Of a stretch of DNA of 64,000 nt, positions 48,128 to 59,733 are shown piece after piece. Source of the DNA: a virus. How positions within the stretch are numbered: the first letter of the stretch is position 1; each line of letters opens with the position of its first letter. The translations under genes were made by a program, and so were the position numbers. The DNA lies in the IMG/VR virus record IMGVR_UViG_3300032046_000016, positions 1-64,000 of that record. One strand, written 5' to 3'. The notes under the pieces were generated by a model. That model saw only the letters and a program-made list of their open reading frames with translations. It was not told where the DNA came from and did no database searches.

Positions 48128-50211
48128 TTACTGGTCGGGCGTCTCTACCGCAGTCACTATGTCCCGCAGGACACCGATGAGCGTATCGGAGCGCTCCCGC
48201 AGGTTCTCCAGCTCGGGACCTTGCCCGCCTTCTTCCTCGTCCCACCACCTAACCTGCTCCTTCGCCCGCTGTAGGACGTGGGACAGCCCGCGGGTCAGGT
48301 CGACGCGGCCGTGGCCAATGCAGGCGGGACACCGCTCCGTCGTCTCCTCATGGACGCCGTACACCGTGAACAGATCGACATCGCTCACCCAGAAGGCCAC
48401 GTGGCCACCCTGGAGCACCAGCTCCACGGCGTCCGCGGCGGCCATCACCGGCTCGGCGTCCTCGCCGAGAGCCGTCACCGCCGACTCAAACGAGATCTCC
48501 TCGCCATCGTCGACGTCGCAGCACTCTCGGAAGTAGGCCAACAGGACGGCCTCCGGGCTCTCGCCCTCGACGTCGTGCTGCGGTTCGTCCCACGTGTCCT
48601 CCAGGTGGGTACACTTGATGTCGATCTCGTACTTGGGCATGGTCAACCTCTCAGTCTGGCAGCGCGGCGAGGTTCACGTGGACCGCAACCCAGGCCAGCG
48701 CATCATCAACATCATCGTGGTCGGTCGAGCAATAGCGACGCTCCGAAGTGCCGGCATTCGCCATCGTCCGGTCGAGCAGCACTTCAACAGCGAGGAAGGA
48801 CGACACATGCAGCTCTGTACCGCCGCGGTAGCCCACGTTGATGCCCAGGGAGCACGAGCCCTCGAACCTCGGCCGGCTATCCTTCAACCAGGCGCCGCCG
48901 GATCGACGATCGCTATTGAACCGGATCTCGACATCCTGGCAGAACTCCCGCTCCAGGAGCCGCGCCGCCTTTAGCACGAGACCGTCCAGCTCGTCAGTCG
49001 CGCCGTTGTAGCCGCCACCGACCACAAAGCCGCCAACGGCTATGCCGCGACTGCGCTCAATCGCCATCGCAACCTCCTCCTTCATCGAACAGACGCGGCT
49101 GGTAGCCGTCCTTGTGCTTCCCGACATCTGCCGCAAACGCACGCATGGCGTCCAGGAGCGGGTGCTGGATGCGGCCTCCCCGAGCCTGCCAGATCTGCCG
49201 GCGGAGCTCGGCCAGCTCGTCCATCTCGCCAGGACGAAGATCGTCCTCGCTCACATCGATGTCAGGCGGGACTTCCATGCCTCGCTTCTTCATCAGCTTC
49301 GAGGCCAGGTGAAGGTAAATCTGGACGTGTTCCGACAGCATCGGCGCCCGCAGGCTCGCCGTGTAGAGGTACACGCATACCTCAGCGTCGCCGACCTCAC
49401 CGTCCAGGCCGGGCTTCAGGATCGAAGCGAGGCCGAGCACCATACGCTCGGCCTCGACCTCCTTCAGCAGCCACTCGGGGATCGTGTCAGCCCAGGCAGC
49501 GGACCCGACCACTAACCTGTTACCGTCTCGCCTCGCCACCACCCACCTAGAGCAACTTCTCGGCGATCGTCTGCGTCAGCTCGTCCAAGAAGACCTCGAT
49601 GGGATTCTCGACCTCGGCGTTCCGCCTGTTGAAGTCGTCCTCGTCGATGCCAAGACCGTGCTCGCTCCACATCCTGTGCGTCTCGCCGATCACCCACGTG
49701 TGAAGCCTCTTCGGGCCCCGCCGCTCGGTGGTTCCCAAGAAGAGGACTCCATGCAGGTCGAACGGGTCGCCTGGCAACTTCCTCTCCTGCCAATGCTGGC
49801 GGACCTTCTCGCTGGGTGTCGTTACATCTACCATCACGGCTCCTATCTTCCGCTGCCCGGCGGCCTCGACGCCGGACCAACCTCGCGGTAGCAGTCCGAG
49901 CAGACCTCCAGGTCGCGGTGAATCCACCTTCTTCGGCAGCGTGGGCACGGCTTCAAGTTAGCCCGCGGAGGCTTGGCGCCCCTCGGAATCCTCTTCCTCT
50001 CAGCGTCACCCTGAAGGACGCTTTCGTTCGTTTCGTCGGTCACTGGTCTAGTCATCTTTCCGCCACAGGTTACGGCGGCTGGCTTGGGGCCGCCCGTTCG
50101 CCGCCTGGTCCGCCCGCGCCTTGTCGTAGGCAGCATTGATGTGTTGCTCGTAGAGGGGCGTCCCGAGAGCGGGGATGATACGGGCCATTCGCTCCCCGTT
50201 CTCGTCCTCAC
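48128..50211 (-). other. cluster of hypothetical ORFs (48128-48646, 48651-49067, 49057-49542, 49547-49948)
   Basis: Closely packed ORFs with RBSs. Confidence 0.55.
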
Positions 50212-50238
50212 TCCAGTGCCAGCGCAATCCTAACTTGG

Positions 50239-50772
50239 TCACTGAAGGTGCTCCTGCGCCCAGGCCGACCGCACAGGGTCGAGGCCGGTCAGCCCCTGCG
50301 GGTCCACCAGGAACCGCGAGCAGGTGTTGGCGAAGTCCTCGATCGGGTTGGCGTTCGACAGGTACGACCAAGGATGGCTCCCCGTCCAGGTCGGCGGCTG
50401 GCCGCTGACCGACGTCGACTTCCAGCCTGTCGTCTCGACGAAGCTCTTGCCTTCGGCCGTCTCGTACCAATCCCGAAGGTCCACGTTGCTGGGCTCGTGC
50501 CCGAGGTCCTCCAGAATCATCTCGTGTTGGTGGGCGTGACAGGCCTCGTGGGCCAGCGTCGACTTGCCCTGGTTTGGGGCCGCGACGATAGTCCGGGTCG
50601 GCGCCCAATAGAAGGTGGCTGGCGCCTTCCCACCATAGGGGCAGGTCCCATCGGGAAGGCACCCGTTCTCGCTGACGTGGATGGTCAGCCCTTCGGGGAG
50701 CGCCAGGCAGCCGGTCAAGAGCACTAGGCTTGCCAGGCAAAAGAGAGCTGCTATACCGAATCTGCGTCCCAT
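50239..50772 (-). CDS. putative lipoprotein zinc metallopeptidase
   Basis: Lipobox LLTGC, HEACH (HExxH), downstream EDFA; own promoter TCGACA-17-TACGAT. Confidence 0.7.
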   Translation of the reverse strand: MGRRFGIAALFCLASLVLLTGCLALPEGLTIHVSENGCLPDGTCPYGGKAPATFYWAPTRTIVAAPNQGKSTLAHEACHAHQHEMILEDLGHEPSNVDLRDWYETAEGKSFVETTGWKSTSVSGQPPTWTGSHPWSYLSNANPIEDFANTCSRFLVDPQGLTGLDPVRSAWAQEHLQ

Positions 50773-50876
50773 TTGTGCGTCCCCGTGTGTTGCTTCCTGA
50801 TATTATCGTAGCACACGGGCACGCTGTTGTCGAGTGGTACGCCGTCCCTAAGGTGAAGGTTTGGTGAAGGTCTCTC

Positions 50877-53374
50877 TCAGCCAACACGCACCCGAAGCCC
50901 CTGGCGACCGGCCTCACTCCTTACCCTGGCTTTGATCTCCGCAAGCTTGACATCCACGTTGACCCGCGCGCCGCGGAGCCCGAACACCTCTCTACCCCAG
51001 AAGCGGCAGGCCCACAGGAGCCGGTTGCCGAGAACGGGCGATCTCACCCAGGTGCCGGCCGTGACGCTGAAGAAGCGGTCACTATCGAGGGCACCCAGGA
51101 CGGCAGCCGCGAATTCTGCGTAGACGTGGGGCTCCCGATAGTGCCCTGGCAGGTTCAGCATCATCAATCCGTGGGCGCCCTTGCGGTACGCGGACACGTA
51201 GATCGTCCGAGCCTCCACGGGCTCTTCCAGCGCCATCTGTCTCGCCAGCTCACGGAACGTCTCCGGGCTCAGGCCCGAGTTGTCCAGGAGCGGGCAGGAG
51301 TGCCCGCTGCCATCTTCACGAAGCACCACGTCCTCGTAGCAGAACGGGCAGATCATCTTCTCTTTCATCGCACGTCAGTCCTCCTCGGCGGTGAGCGACC
51401 AAGCGTCGTGCTGCGGGAGCCGGGCGACCCATTCGCGCGCCACCTGGAAGGTCGGGAAGCGCCCGGGCATGGCGTCGGCCAGGACCGCCGCCAATCCGGT
51501 CGGCCCCTCCCCGAGATACCCCCAGGCGAATCCCAGGAACTTCACCGTCTTGCCGTTCTCGCCCACCAGCTCCACGGCACCCCAGACGTCATCCTCGTAG
51601 GGCCGGCTGCGGGCCATGCGCACAGGACCGAACGCTTCGCGCAGCCGCCACCACTTCGCCTTGCTGAACACCGTGATACCTGGGCGGCTGGCGTCGTCAC
51701 CGTCCCAATCGGGCTGGTTGCCCCTCACCCACTTGTCAGCGTCTCTCAGCTTCATCACCGCCATGATGACGATGCCTTCCCCATGGCAGACGGTACACTG
51801 CACGGCCGGGCCACAGCCCGTGCCCTGGCAGGCCGCGCAATCTTCATCCGCGGGCTGTTGGCCGCCCTGGGTGCAATCGCAAGGCGTCTCGACCTGCCCC
51901 TCGAAGCAATCGGGGCAGTACGCCTCGTCTTTCTCAGCGTTTGGCATTCTCGCCATGGTCAGTCTCCTTCAGGTCAATACGACCCTCTTTGTCATACCGC
52001 AGGATGCTCTCCGTCTTCAGTCCAAGCAGCGGCTCGTCAAGCCAGAGCACGGCGGCAGCGCGAATCTCCAAGTCGCCAGCGGACACCGATTCGCCTGAGC
52101 GCCGGATCTTCCACATCACGAACCGCGATCTTCCATCCTGGTGGCGTGCCGAGAGCAGCAGGACCTCGCGCCGGTTCGGATTCAGCGCCGGCCTCAACTG
52201 GCCGAGCATGTCGTCCAGTGGCAGGTCCGGCAATATCCAGGCCTCCGAGACCTCGATGTACCAGTCGGCTCGGCCAGCATACCGCCGAGCCAGGACCTGT
52301 CTCATTACCTCTCTCTCGGCATTATCTCGATAGACCAGGCCGCCGATTGTCACCTCGCCCCCGTAGAACACCATGACCAGGTGCGTGTGCCGGCCGTCCT
52401 TCGCCAGGATGAGGGGAGCCTGGACCTCAGCGTAGGCCACCAGGCGGTCGAACTCGTCCATCTCAGCTCTCGACGTTCACGTTCTTCTCGCACAGATCCT
52501 GGGCCGCCTGAACGTGGGTCAGGATCGCGTCGAGCGTCTTGTTCCTACGCGGGTGACGCCCCTCATTGCTGTGCCAGTCCTTCTCGTCTCGCACTCGGTC
52601 GTACAGGGCGTCTAGCACGACCCATAGGCTGCTCCACGGTTCAGTCAATTCCGACGGGGCATGGCTGGCAAAGGCGTTCAGCTCGTCGATAGCCGGAACC
52701 CGGCGCTCCACCCGCATCCGACTGGAGCGTTCCTTCGCTTGTCGTTGGAGCTCTTCCCCCACGGCCGCCTGGACGTCAAACGCCCATTTGGCGAGCGGTG
52801 GGGCATCAGGGTCTTCGCTCGTGAGACCTGGGACGAGCTCGTGCTCGTCAACGTATACCTGCACTAGCAATTCGACCTCCTCCCTCAGCCCTTGAACTGA
52901 GGCTCCGTCATGAGCGAGCCGTGGCCGGCCACTGCCTGGCAGCGGTTGGTGGCATGAAGGCCGGTCGTGTAACCGACCGGACAGGTGGGGCTCATGGCCA
53001 CCGTCACCGTGAAGTCGCGGTAGCCGAGGTCTCCAAGCCGCCCGGCAATGAGCTCGGCCGCTCGCCGCTCATCGAGGACGTTGTCATTGATGACGATGGT
53101 GACTTCCATCAGGGTGCCCTCCTTCGGCCTGCCTCATTCAGCGCCGGTCGGCCAGCTCCGGCGGACGGGCCCGCGGCCCGTTTCGGCTTCAGTCGGGGCT
53201 CAGCTCGACGACGAGATCGTTGGCCTGGGTCAGATGCCGACAGGCTTGGCTCAACGTATCCCGTTCGGTGGTGGGCGCCTCCTGGCCACCGTCACACCGC
53301 CTCAGTGCGGTGTTGGCCGCGCGCACCGCCTCGTCTACCGCCTGGGCCAATTGCTCGTAGTCTGTCCGTCTCAT
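50877..53374 (-). other. cluster of hypothetical ORFs (50877-51368, 51375-51956 with CxxCxGxG repeats, 51934-52461, 52463-52870, 52885-53109, 53189-53374)
   Basis: Coupled ORFs with RBSs. Confidence 0.55.
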
Positions 53375-53518
53375 GTGGTGCCCTCCTGTCTTTTCAGGCT
53401 GCCTATTAGTCGCACCTTGGGCAGTGGAGCCAGGGAATCTTGCCGCCGATCATGGCGAGCAGGATCGGTCCACCGCACTTGCCGCATCGTCTCGACTTCA
53501 TGATTGCTCCTTCCGCTC

Positions 53519-53734
53519 TTACGCTAGGACTACCTGGAAGATGGCGGGGAAGCCGGCCGCCCTCATGTGCTTGCAGGCGAACGGCCTCTCTTCCTTCTTG
53601 GCAAAACGCCATGACGGACACGAACAACTCAGCACCCCACTGGCGTGTAGCCGGATCTGATAGACGTCCGGCCGGCCGCTGAAGCTGGCCACCTCTCTGA
53701 GGACTATCGCTTTCGTTCCGTTGCTGCTTACCAC
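53519..53734 (-). CDS. SWIM zinc-finger protein
   Basis: Y.I....LSCSCPSW......CKH; promoter TTGACA-17-TACGCT upstream. Confidence 0.75.
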   Translation of the reverse strand: MVSSNGTKAIVLREVASFSGRPDVYQIRLHASGVLSCSCPSWRFAKKEERPFACKHMRAAGFPAIFQVVLA

Positions 53735-53828
53735 TGCCGTCTCCTTCGGGTTGTGTGTTCCATCTGAGTATAGCGTAGCAGAAGACAACAATGTTGTCAA
53801 TAAATTCGGACAGGAAAAATGGACGAGG

Positions 53829-54666
53829 TTAGTGAAGATTGGGTGAAGGTCGAAGCGGCGGTGGCAGGGCGTCGAGCTCTTCCAGCTCCAGGAAGTCGCC
53901 GCCACAGACGTCGCAGCTCTGCTGGTGCTCGTACCAGGGCTCGAAGGCGCCGCGCCTTAGGTCGAGCTTAGCGGAGTCGACGACGAACCGGAGATAGAGG
54001 TAGTGGCCCTTCCGACAGCGTCTGAAGGCCCTCAGATAGAACCCGCGGAAGAGGTAGTGGGACATTCGCTCAGTACCCTGTAGCCCTCGGTGCTGAGAAC
54101 GTACTGGATCGGCATGGTCCAGTTCGGCGGCGTGATCAGATCCTCGCGCCGCAGCTTCCCTAGGAAGCCGCCGGCGGCGTAGGCCATCGCAATACCTCGG
54201 CTGGAGGCCTGGTTCCCACACTTGTAGACCTTCTTCCAGCATGGACTGTCGGGCCACATGTAGACGGCGAAGACGCCAGGACCGATGGGGCCGTGGTCCC
54301 GGATGATCTCGAGCGCCCGCCGACGCGCGGCGGTTAGCTGTGGCGTTCGCGCAGCCAAGCGGCTGCCTCCAGGCTCGGCCCGGAATAACCCGCCTCGACA
54401 ATGGCGGCGGGGGTCGGGAACGTCTTCGTCTCCCGCTGGCGCATCGAACGCCGGCCGGTAGGACCGTGGGAGGGGATGGCGTGGATCAGCATCACGGGAG
54501 TCTCCTCGTAGGGAACCCCGTCACGCCAGCGCAACTGGACTCTCACGATGCAGCCGAGCGTCTCGCAGGGCAACCCACGGAGCGGATGCTGGTGAGCGGC
54601 GAGCGCCAGCTTGAGGCCATCTTCGAACGATTGAGGCAGGCGGCCCGCGAAGTCGGTGAGTGACAA
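53829..54666 (-). other. three small hypothetical ORFs (one winged-helix-like, 54032-54358)
   Basis: Overlapping coupled ORFs. Confidence 0.45.
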
Positions 54667-54763
54667 AGTATCCCTCCCGTCCCATTTATCCCGCAGACCG
54701 CCTAATAAATGGTACAGGGGCTAGCAACGGCACGGGAACCCGCCGCTAGCCCCCGCCGACGAC

Positions 54764-55786
54764 TCAGCGTCTTCTCGCGTAGAGTATGCCCGTGCCCATG
54801 ACGAACAGCGCCCCGGCAGCCAGCGCGCCGGCCAGCGCCACGTATCGGATAGCCGGCCCACTCTCCTCGGTCAGGGCGGCGCTCTCAAGGACCGGAAGCT
54901 CGGCGATTCCTCCGACGGAGCCACCGGGACTGAGGCTCCGCCAGTAGTTGAAGTTGCCGATAACGCTGCTCTCCACCCTCACTCCGCAGTTGTCGTTCGG
55001 GTAACACGCGGCATCACCGACGCCGCGCGTGTGGACAGCAACAACGTCGGGGCTGGTGCTGGCAGCCGGGTACCAGACAGGAGAACCGCTCTGGCCGCCG
55101 GCCGTGTCGATCTCATAACTGACGATGTGGGGGCTTACATCGGTCACGAGGTCGTCGTCCCACCATTGCTGCTGCGGATGGTCCCCTGGGTATCCGCTGA
55201 TCCGCGACGCTTGACCCACCGCTGCAAGATCGTCAAACCCCAGGAAACCCGAAAGCCCCGCGAAGCCACTGCCTAGGATAACGGCCCCATAGTCGTATTG
55301 GGCATCGCCGCCCAAGACCCAGCCGGCGACGCTCCACAGCGAGTCGGTTGGCTGCACCTGCGCGCCGAAGGGTTCGGCTACACCATCCTTGCCGGGGGCC
55401 ACTCGAACAGTCGCAGCCCACCCACCGAGGTCGCTGTCATACACGCAGTGACCAGCCGTCGCAACGGTCGCGGGGTAAATGAGGAACCCCGTACACTGGC
55501 ATCCGCTCGCGCAAACGCTGCCGGGCTGACCCGTGATCGTCAGGTAGGCGACCCACCGCCAGGGAGCGGCTACGTTGTTACCAGCACCAATGTACGCGCG
55601 GCCGTCCGGCGGAATAACCGACTCCGGGACCGCCACCGGCTGGAGCGCAACGCGCGCGAGACTCGTACCAGGGGTTCCACCCCGAACGGGCGCAGCAGCG
55701 TCGAACGGCTGAGCGTCGAGAGCCCCGCCGCCAGCGCCTACCAGCATGGCCACGCCAAAGGCGAGACCCACTAGGATTCTCTTCAT
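54764..55786 (-). CDS. secreted V8/trypsin-like serine protease with C-terminal membrane anchor
   Basis: Signal peptide, TAGHC, DYG, GQSGSP triad motifs, VGGIAELP plus TM plus RRR tail. Confidence 0.9.
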   Translation of the reverse strand: MKRILVGLAFGVAMLVGAGGGALDAQPFDAAAPVRGGTPGTSLARVALQPVAVPESVIPPDGRAYIGAGNNVAAPWRWVAYLTITGQPGSVCASGCQCTGFLIYPATVATAGHCVYDSDLGGWAATVRVAPGKDGVAEPFGAQVQPTDSLWSVAGWVLGGDAQYDYGAVILGSGFAGLSGFLGFDDLAAVGQASRISGYPGDHPQQQWWDDDLVTDVSPHIVSYEIDTAGGQSGSPVWYPAASTSPDVVAVHTRGVGDAACYPNDNCGVRVESSVIGNFNYWRSLSPGGSVGGIAELPVLESAALTEESGPAIRYVALAGALAAGALFVMGTGILYARRR

Positions 55787-55797
55787 AGACCAGCTCC

Positions 55798-56052
55798 TTA
55801 GGGGCCCTGCTGTGTTTCCGGTTCGGCGATGAATCCGTCAGATCGGTCAGTCGCCATGAACATCGCAAGAGCAGCAACCATCAGGATCGCGAAGACCATG
55901 ATTGCGGATGCTGCCCCAGCAGTGACACCTCTACGCTTGTAGACATAGAGACCTACCAGCAGCGGTGGCACCGCCAGCAAAGCGAGGGGACCAAGGCCGA
56001 TCAGATACATTACCGCCGCCGCTGCCAGCAGACCCAGGATCAAGCCTCTCAT
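55798..56052 (-). CDS. small membrane protein (about 3 TM)
   Basis: Highly hydrophobic 84 aa. Confidence 0.65.
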   Translation of the reverse strand: MRGLILGLLAAAAVMYLIGLGPLALLAVPPLLVGLYVYKRRGVTAGAASAIMVFAILMVAALAMFMATDRSDGFIAEPETQQGP

Positions 56053-56070
56053 CTCGGGATTGCCCCCTTC

Positions 56071-56772
56071 CTAGCCCCCTGTGTACCCGGTGTCACTACC
56101 GTACTGGTTGACGGTGTGCGACACCCAGGGATGCACCTCCTGGAAGCACCAGGAGAAGCAGAGCTTGAACTTGCCCTGCTTCCACACGTAGTACTTGTAC
56201 GGGTAAGACTGCCAGTACTGGACGGCGCCGATCTGCCCGGCGTACTGCCAGCCCAAGGCAACGTTAGAGGGCCACACCCACGACACTGGCGTTCCCGTGA
56301 TTCTGGAGGAATTGTAGCACCAGTAGACCGAGTGATTGAACCTCCAGAGCCGTATGCCCAGCACGTTTCGCGCTTCCCGGTACCGGGTATATGTCCTGCA
56401 GTAGGTGATAGCCGACTCCTTGACCTGACTGGGGGTCGGGGTAGCTTTGACGGCGGGAGCTCTACGCCCCCAGATTGTCGGGCGCGCTAGCTCCTGGCTA
56501 CTAGAACCCGACGCCTGTGCCACAGCCCTCGCTACGTCGCCCGTGAACCCCGCAGGGTTGAACCCCTCGGTCACTATCGACCCTTCGTCGTAGTAGCTGA
56601 TGTTAGGATCGTCGCCACCAGGATCGACGGCCGTGGGGGTAGGCATCGGCGTCGGCGTCGTTCCGCCCCGTATGGGGTCAGTAGGGTCATAAGCCACAAC
56701 CGTTCGGCCGAGCAGAACAACCCCGAGCAGAACGGCGGCGACCAAGACCACGAGCCTGGACTTCATATCCAT
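56071..56772 (-). CDS. secreted hypothetical protein
   Basis: Signal peptide, TP linker, aromatic/Cys-containing beta-rich C-terminal domain. Confidence 0.7.
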   Translation of the reverse strand: MDMKSRLVVLVAAVLLGVVLLGRTVVAYDPTDPIRGGTTPTPMPTPTAVDPGGDDPNISYYDEGSIVTEGFNPAGFTGDVARAVAQASGSSSQELARPTIWGRRAPAVKATPTPSQVKESAITYCRTYTRYREARNVLGIRLWRFNHSVYWCYNSSRITGTPVSWVWPSNVALGWQYAGQIGAVQYWQSYPYKYYVWKQGKFKLCFSWCFQEVHPWVSHTVNQYGSDTGYTGG

Positions 56773-56835
56773 ATCTCCCTTAGGAAAGGCGGGGCTACCC
56801 GGACATTATGCCATATACTTCGCCTCCTTTCTACG

Positions 56836-57435
56836 CTAGTGCGGTGGGAACGGGTTAGCGCACGTGCTGCCCATCCGTCCATACACGTACTGGAGATCGC
56901 AGATGTCGATATCCTCGTCGCCTCCGGGCGGCTCCAGGTCATAGGCGGGGCTGTAGCACAGGAGCCCGAAGACGCACCCGAAGCGGGGCTCGATGATCTG
57001 CCAGTCCAGCACGTCGACCGAACAGTCGCCGTTCAGGTCGCCCTGCAGGTGCGTGGGCGTGGGTCTCGGCGTCGGGGAAGGCGGGGCAATCGTGGGCGTG
57101 GCGGTGGGAGTAGCGATCGCCGTGGGAGTCGCGGTAGGCGACGACGTCCACGTTGGTGAGCTAGTTGCGGTAGGTGATTTCGTCGAGGTAGGGAAGCTCG
57201 TTGCGGTGGCTGAGCTCGTGGCGGTAGGTGTCTTCGTTACCCTCGGCGTCCTCGTGGCGGTAGGCGTCCTAGTCGGTCTAGGTGTGCGCGTGGGAGTCGG
57301 GGAGCGACAGAAGCGCGGGAAGCGCTGGCAGAAGGTCGGACGCGGTGTAGGTGTCGCCCGCGGTGTAGATGCCGCCAGGACCGGCACCGCCATTGGCATG
57401 AGCGCCAGCAGCAGGATCAATACGATACGAGTCAT
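56836..57435 (-). CDS. secreted Thr/Pro-rich protein with dockerin-like domain
   Basis: Signal peptide, TPTAT repeats, GDLNGDCSVDVLD...YDLE...DEDIDICD. Confidence 0.8.
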   Translation of the reverse strand: MTRIVLILLLALMPMAVPVLAASTPRATPTPRPTFCQRFPRFCRSPTPTRTPRPTRTPTATRTPRVTKTPTATSSATATSFPTSTKSPTATSSPTWTSSPTATPTAIATPTATPTIAPPSPTPRPTPTHLQGDLNGDCSVDVLDWQIIEPRFGCVFGLLCYSPAYDLEPPGGDEDIDICDLQYVYGRMGSTCANPFPPH

Positions 57436-57642
57436 TCCCCCGCCCCGATGCCAAGAAGAAGGCCCCGGCAGCCTGACGCTACCGAGGCCATGCTGTAAAC
57501 TCTGTGCAGCCGTTGGCCTGGTCACGCAGGCTGACGGTTAGGGCGCTCGTCGTGGTCACTTCACGGCGGGCGTCCGCCTTCTCCTTGGCAGTATCTTTGT
57601 ACTCGCCCCTTCACACTATGTCAAGGCCTTAGGCCAACGTCA

Positions 57643-59733
57643 TTATCTTCGCGTCACCGATGGTCCATCGGGCCCGGCAGCCACGGTCAAGACGCGCTGG
57701 AAGCTGTCGGCCATCTCCTCGATATGCGTCACGACCAGTACCAGGTCGAAGTCGTCCTGCACCCCGCGGATAGCCTCCAGGAGGCGCTTACGGCCTTCCG
57801 TGTCCTGCGTACCGAACCCCTCGTCGATGGCGAGCAGCGGCATGGCGGCGTCGGCCCGGCGCGCCAGCAGGCGCGCCAGCGCCAGCCGGACGGCGAAGTC
57901 GACGCGGAACTTCTGCCCGCCGCTGCAATTCTCGTACGGTAGCTCGCCGGCCTCGTTCGTCGTCAGGACGTCCAGCGTCTCTATCGGCTGAGCGCCATCC
58001 TTCTTCGAGGCGCGTTGCGTCCTCAGCTCGACCCGGGCTCCCGACCACAGCCGATCCAGCAGCTCGTTCGCCATGCTCTCCAGCTCGGGCAGCGCTCGAT
58101 CCACGAGTAGCGCCTGTACCCCTCGTTTCCCGAACGCGTCGCCGAGCTCCTGATAGTCGGCCTGTTCCTCGGTCTGTGCCGCGACGCGCAGCCTCAATTG
58201 CCGGAGTTGCTCCTCCGCCTCCTGCGCCAGCCTTACCTCTGTCTCCAGCGCAGCAGCCTGGTCGCGGGCAGCCGTGTGCGCTTCCTCGCACTCCCTCTTC
58301 TTGGCATCGGCAGCGGTCAGCCGGTCCTGGAGGCTGCGCCGCGCCCCTTCCAGGTCGCCTATCGCGTCCAGTTGCTCGCGCGCGACACCCAAGATGTTGC
58401 TCGCCGCCAACAGGCCCTTGCGCAGGTCTTCGAGCAACCTCTCCAGGTCGGGAACCTTCGCCGCCGCCTCCCGGGCCGCCTTGACCTGCGCGCGCAGCTC
58501 GGGCACCCCGGACGCCCTTCGCCGCAGGTCCTGCAGAGTGGTGACGAGCCCCTCTTTGGCGGCTATCTGCTGCTCAAGCTCAGAGACGAACTCGGCAGCC
58601 TCGACTTCCCTATCCAGTTGCGAGCCCTGCTCAAACAGCGCCTTCGCTGCCGCCGGCGTCAGGGGCTGCAGGCAGGTCGGGCAAGGCATGTTCTCCTCGC
58701 CCTCGGCGAGCGTCGCCAGGCCCAGGTATCGCTTGGCCTGTTGCTGTTTGGCGTCAACCTCCGCCTGCCAGCGCCCGCGGGCTTCACCGTATCGTTGCCT
58801 GAGCTCAGGGAGATCACGGATCTCCTCCTCCAGAGCGGCGACCTCTTCCTCCACGTTCTCGTTCGGCTCCAGCCTGGCTTCCAGGCCGGGCAGCGCCGCC
58901 GCCTTCTCCTGGAGGTCCGCCAGCTCCTTCTTCTTCTCCTCGCGGTCTGTCTCAAACCTGTCGTACTCGTGCTGATAGACGTCCACCTGGCTGCGCAGCG
59001 CAGACTGCTCGGCGGCCTTCGCCACCGCGTCGGCCAACTGCTGAGCGAGAGCGGACTGAGCCTCGCTCGCGGCGAGCAGCTCGTCGGCGGCCCGGGCAAC
59101 CTCTTCCCTGGCGGTGAGAAGCCGGGCTCGGCAATGGCCCAGCTTGGACGCCTGCGCCTCAAGCGTCTCCTCGGCCCCCCTGGCAGCGGCCAGCTCGGTC
59201 GTCAGGTCGAGGGCGCGCCGGCGGCAGACGTCAGACAGCTCCTGGTAGCGCTCCAATCCCAGGATGGCGGCCAGGACCTCCTGCCGGTGGGCCGGCTGAG
59301 CCTGGGTGAAGACGTCGGCCTTGCCTTGGGCGAAGAACGCCGTGTTCACGAACGTGTCGTAGTCCATCCGGAGCAGGGCGCAGATGAACGCTTCCGTGCT
59401 GGCGATGGACGCGCCGGTGAGGATCTCGCCGCCCGGTCCGAACAGGAGCAGGTAGGACCTCTTCCCGCGAACGCGGCGGCGCTCGACGCGATACTCCTTC
59501 TCCTGCGCCTTGAACGTCACCTCCACGATCATGTCCTCGGCGCCTTGCCGGATCAGCTCGTCGTCGGACCTAGAGCGCGCCTGGCCCCACAGCGCCCACG
59601 TCAGCGCCTCCAGGATGCTAGACTTCCCCGCTCCGTTCGGGCCCACCAGCGCGGCGACGTGCAGATCTCGCAGATCTACCTCGGTGTCCTGGTAAGGCAG
59701 GAAGTTACGCAGTCTCAGTGTCAGCGGTATCAT
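57643..59733 (-). CDS. sbcC: SbcC/Rad50 ATPase
   Basis: GPNGAGKS, FAQG, zinc hook CPTC, SGGQ, IDEGFGTQD, VVTH. Confidence 0.95.
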   Translation of the reverse strand: MIPLTLRLRNFLPYQDTEVDLRDLHVAALVGPNGAGKSSILEALTWALWGQARSRSDDELIRQGAEDMIVEVTFKAQEKEYRVERRRVRGKRSYLLLFGPGGEILTGASIASTEAFICALLRMDYDTFVNTAFFAQGKADVFTQAQPAHRQEVLAAILGLERYQELSDVCRRRALDLTTELAAARGAEETLEAQASKLGHCRARLLTAREEVARAADELLAASEAQSALAQQLADAVAKAAEQSALRSQVDVYQHEYDRFETDREEKKKELADLQEKAAALPGLEARLEPNENVEEEVAALEEEIRDLPELRQRYGEARGRWQAEVDAKQQQAKRYLGLATLAEGEENMPCPTCLQPLTPAAAKALFEQGSQLDREVEAAEFVSELEQQIAAKEGLVTTLQDLRRRASGVPELRAQVKAAREAAAKVPDLERLLEDLRKGLLAASNILGVAREQLDAIGDLEGARRSLQDRLTAADAKKRECEEAHTAARDQAAALETEVRLAQEAEEQLRQLRLRVAAQTEEQADYQELGDAFGKRGVQALLVDRALPELESMANELLDRLWSGARVELRTQRASKKDGAQPIETLDVLTTNEAGELPYENCSGGQKFRVDFAVRLALARLLARRADAAMPLLAIDEGFGTQDTEGRKRLLEAIRGVQDDFDLVLVVTHIEEMADSFQRVLTVAAGPDGPSVTRR

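Noticed and set aside
57050-57365. Repetitive GT-rich DNA
   Set aside because: Encodes the Thr/Pro linker of the dockerin-like protein.
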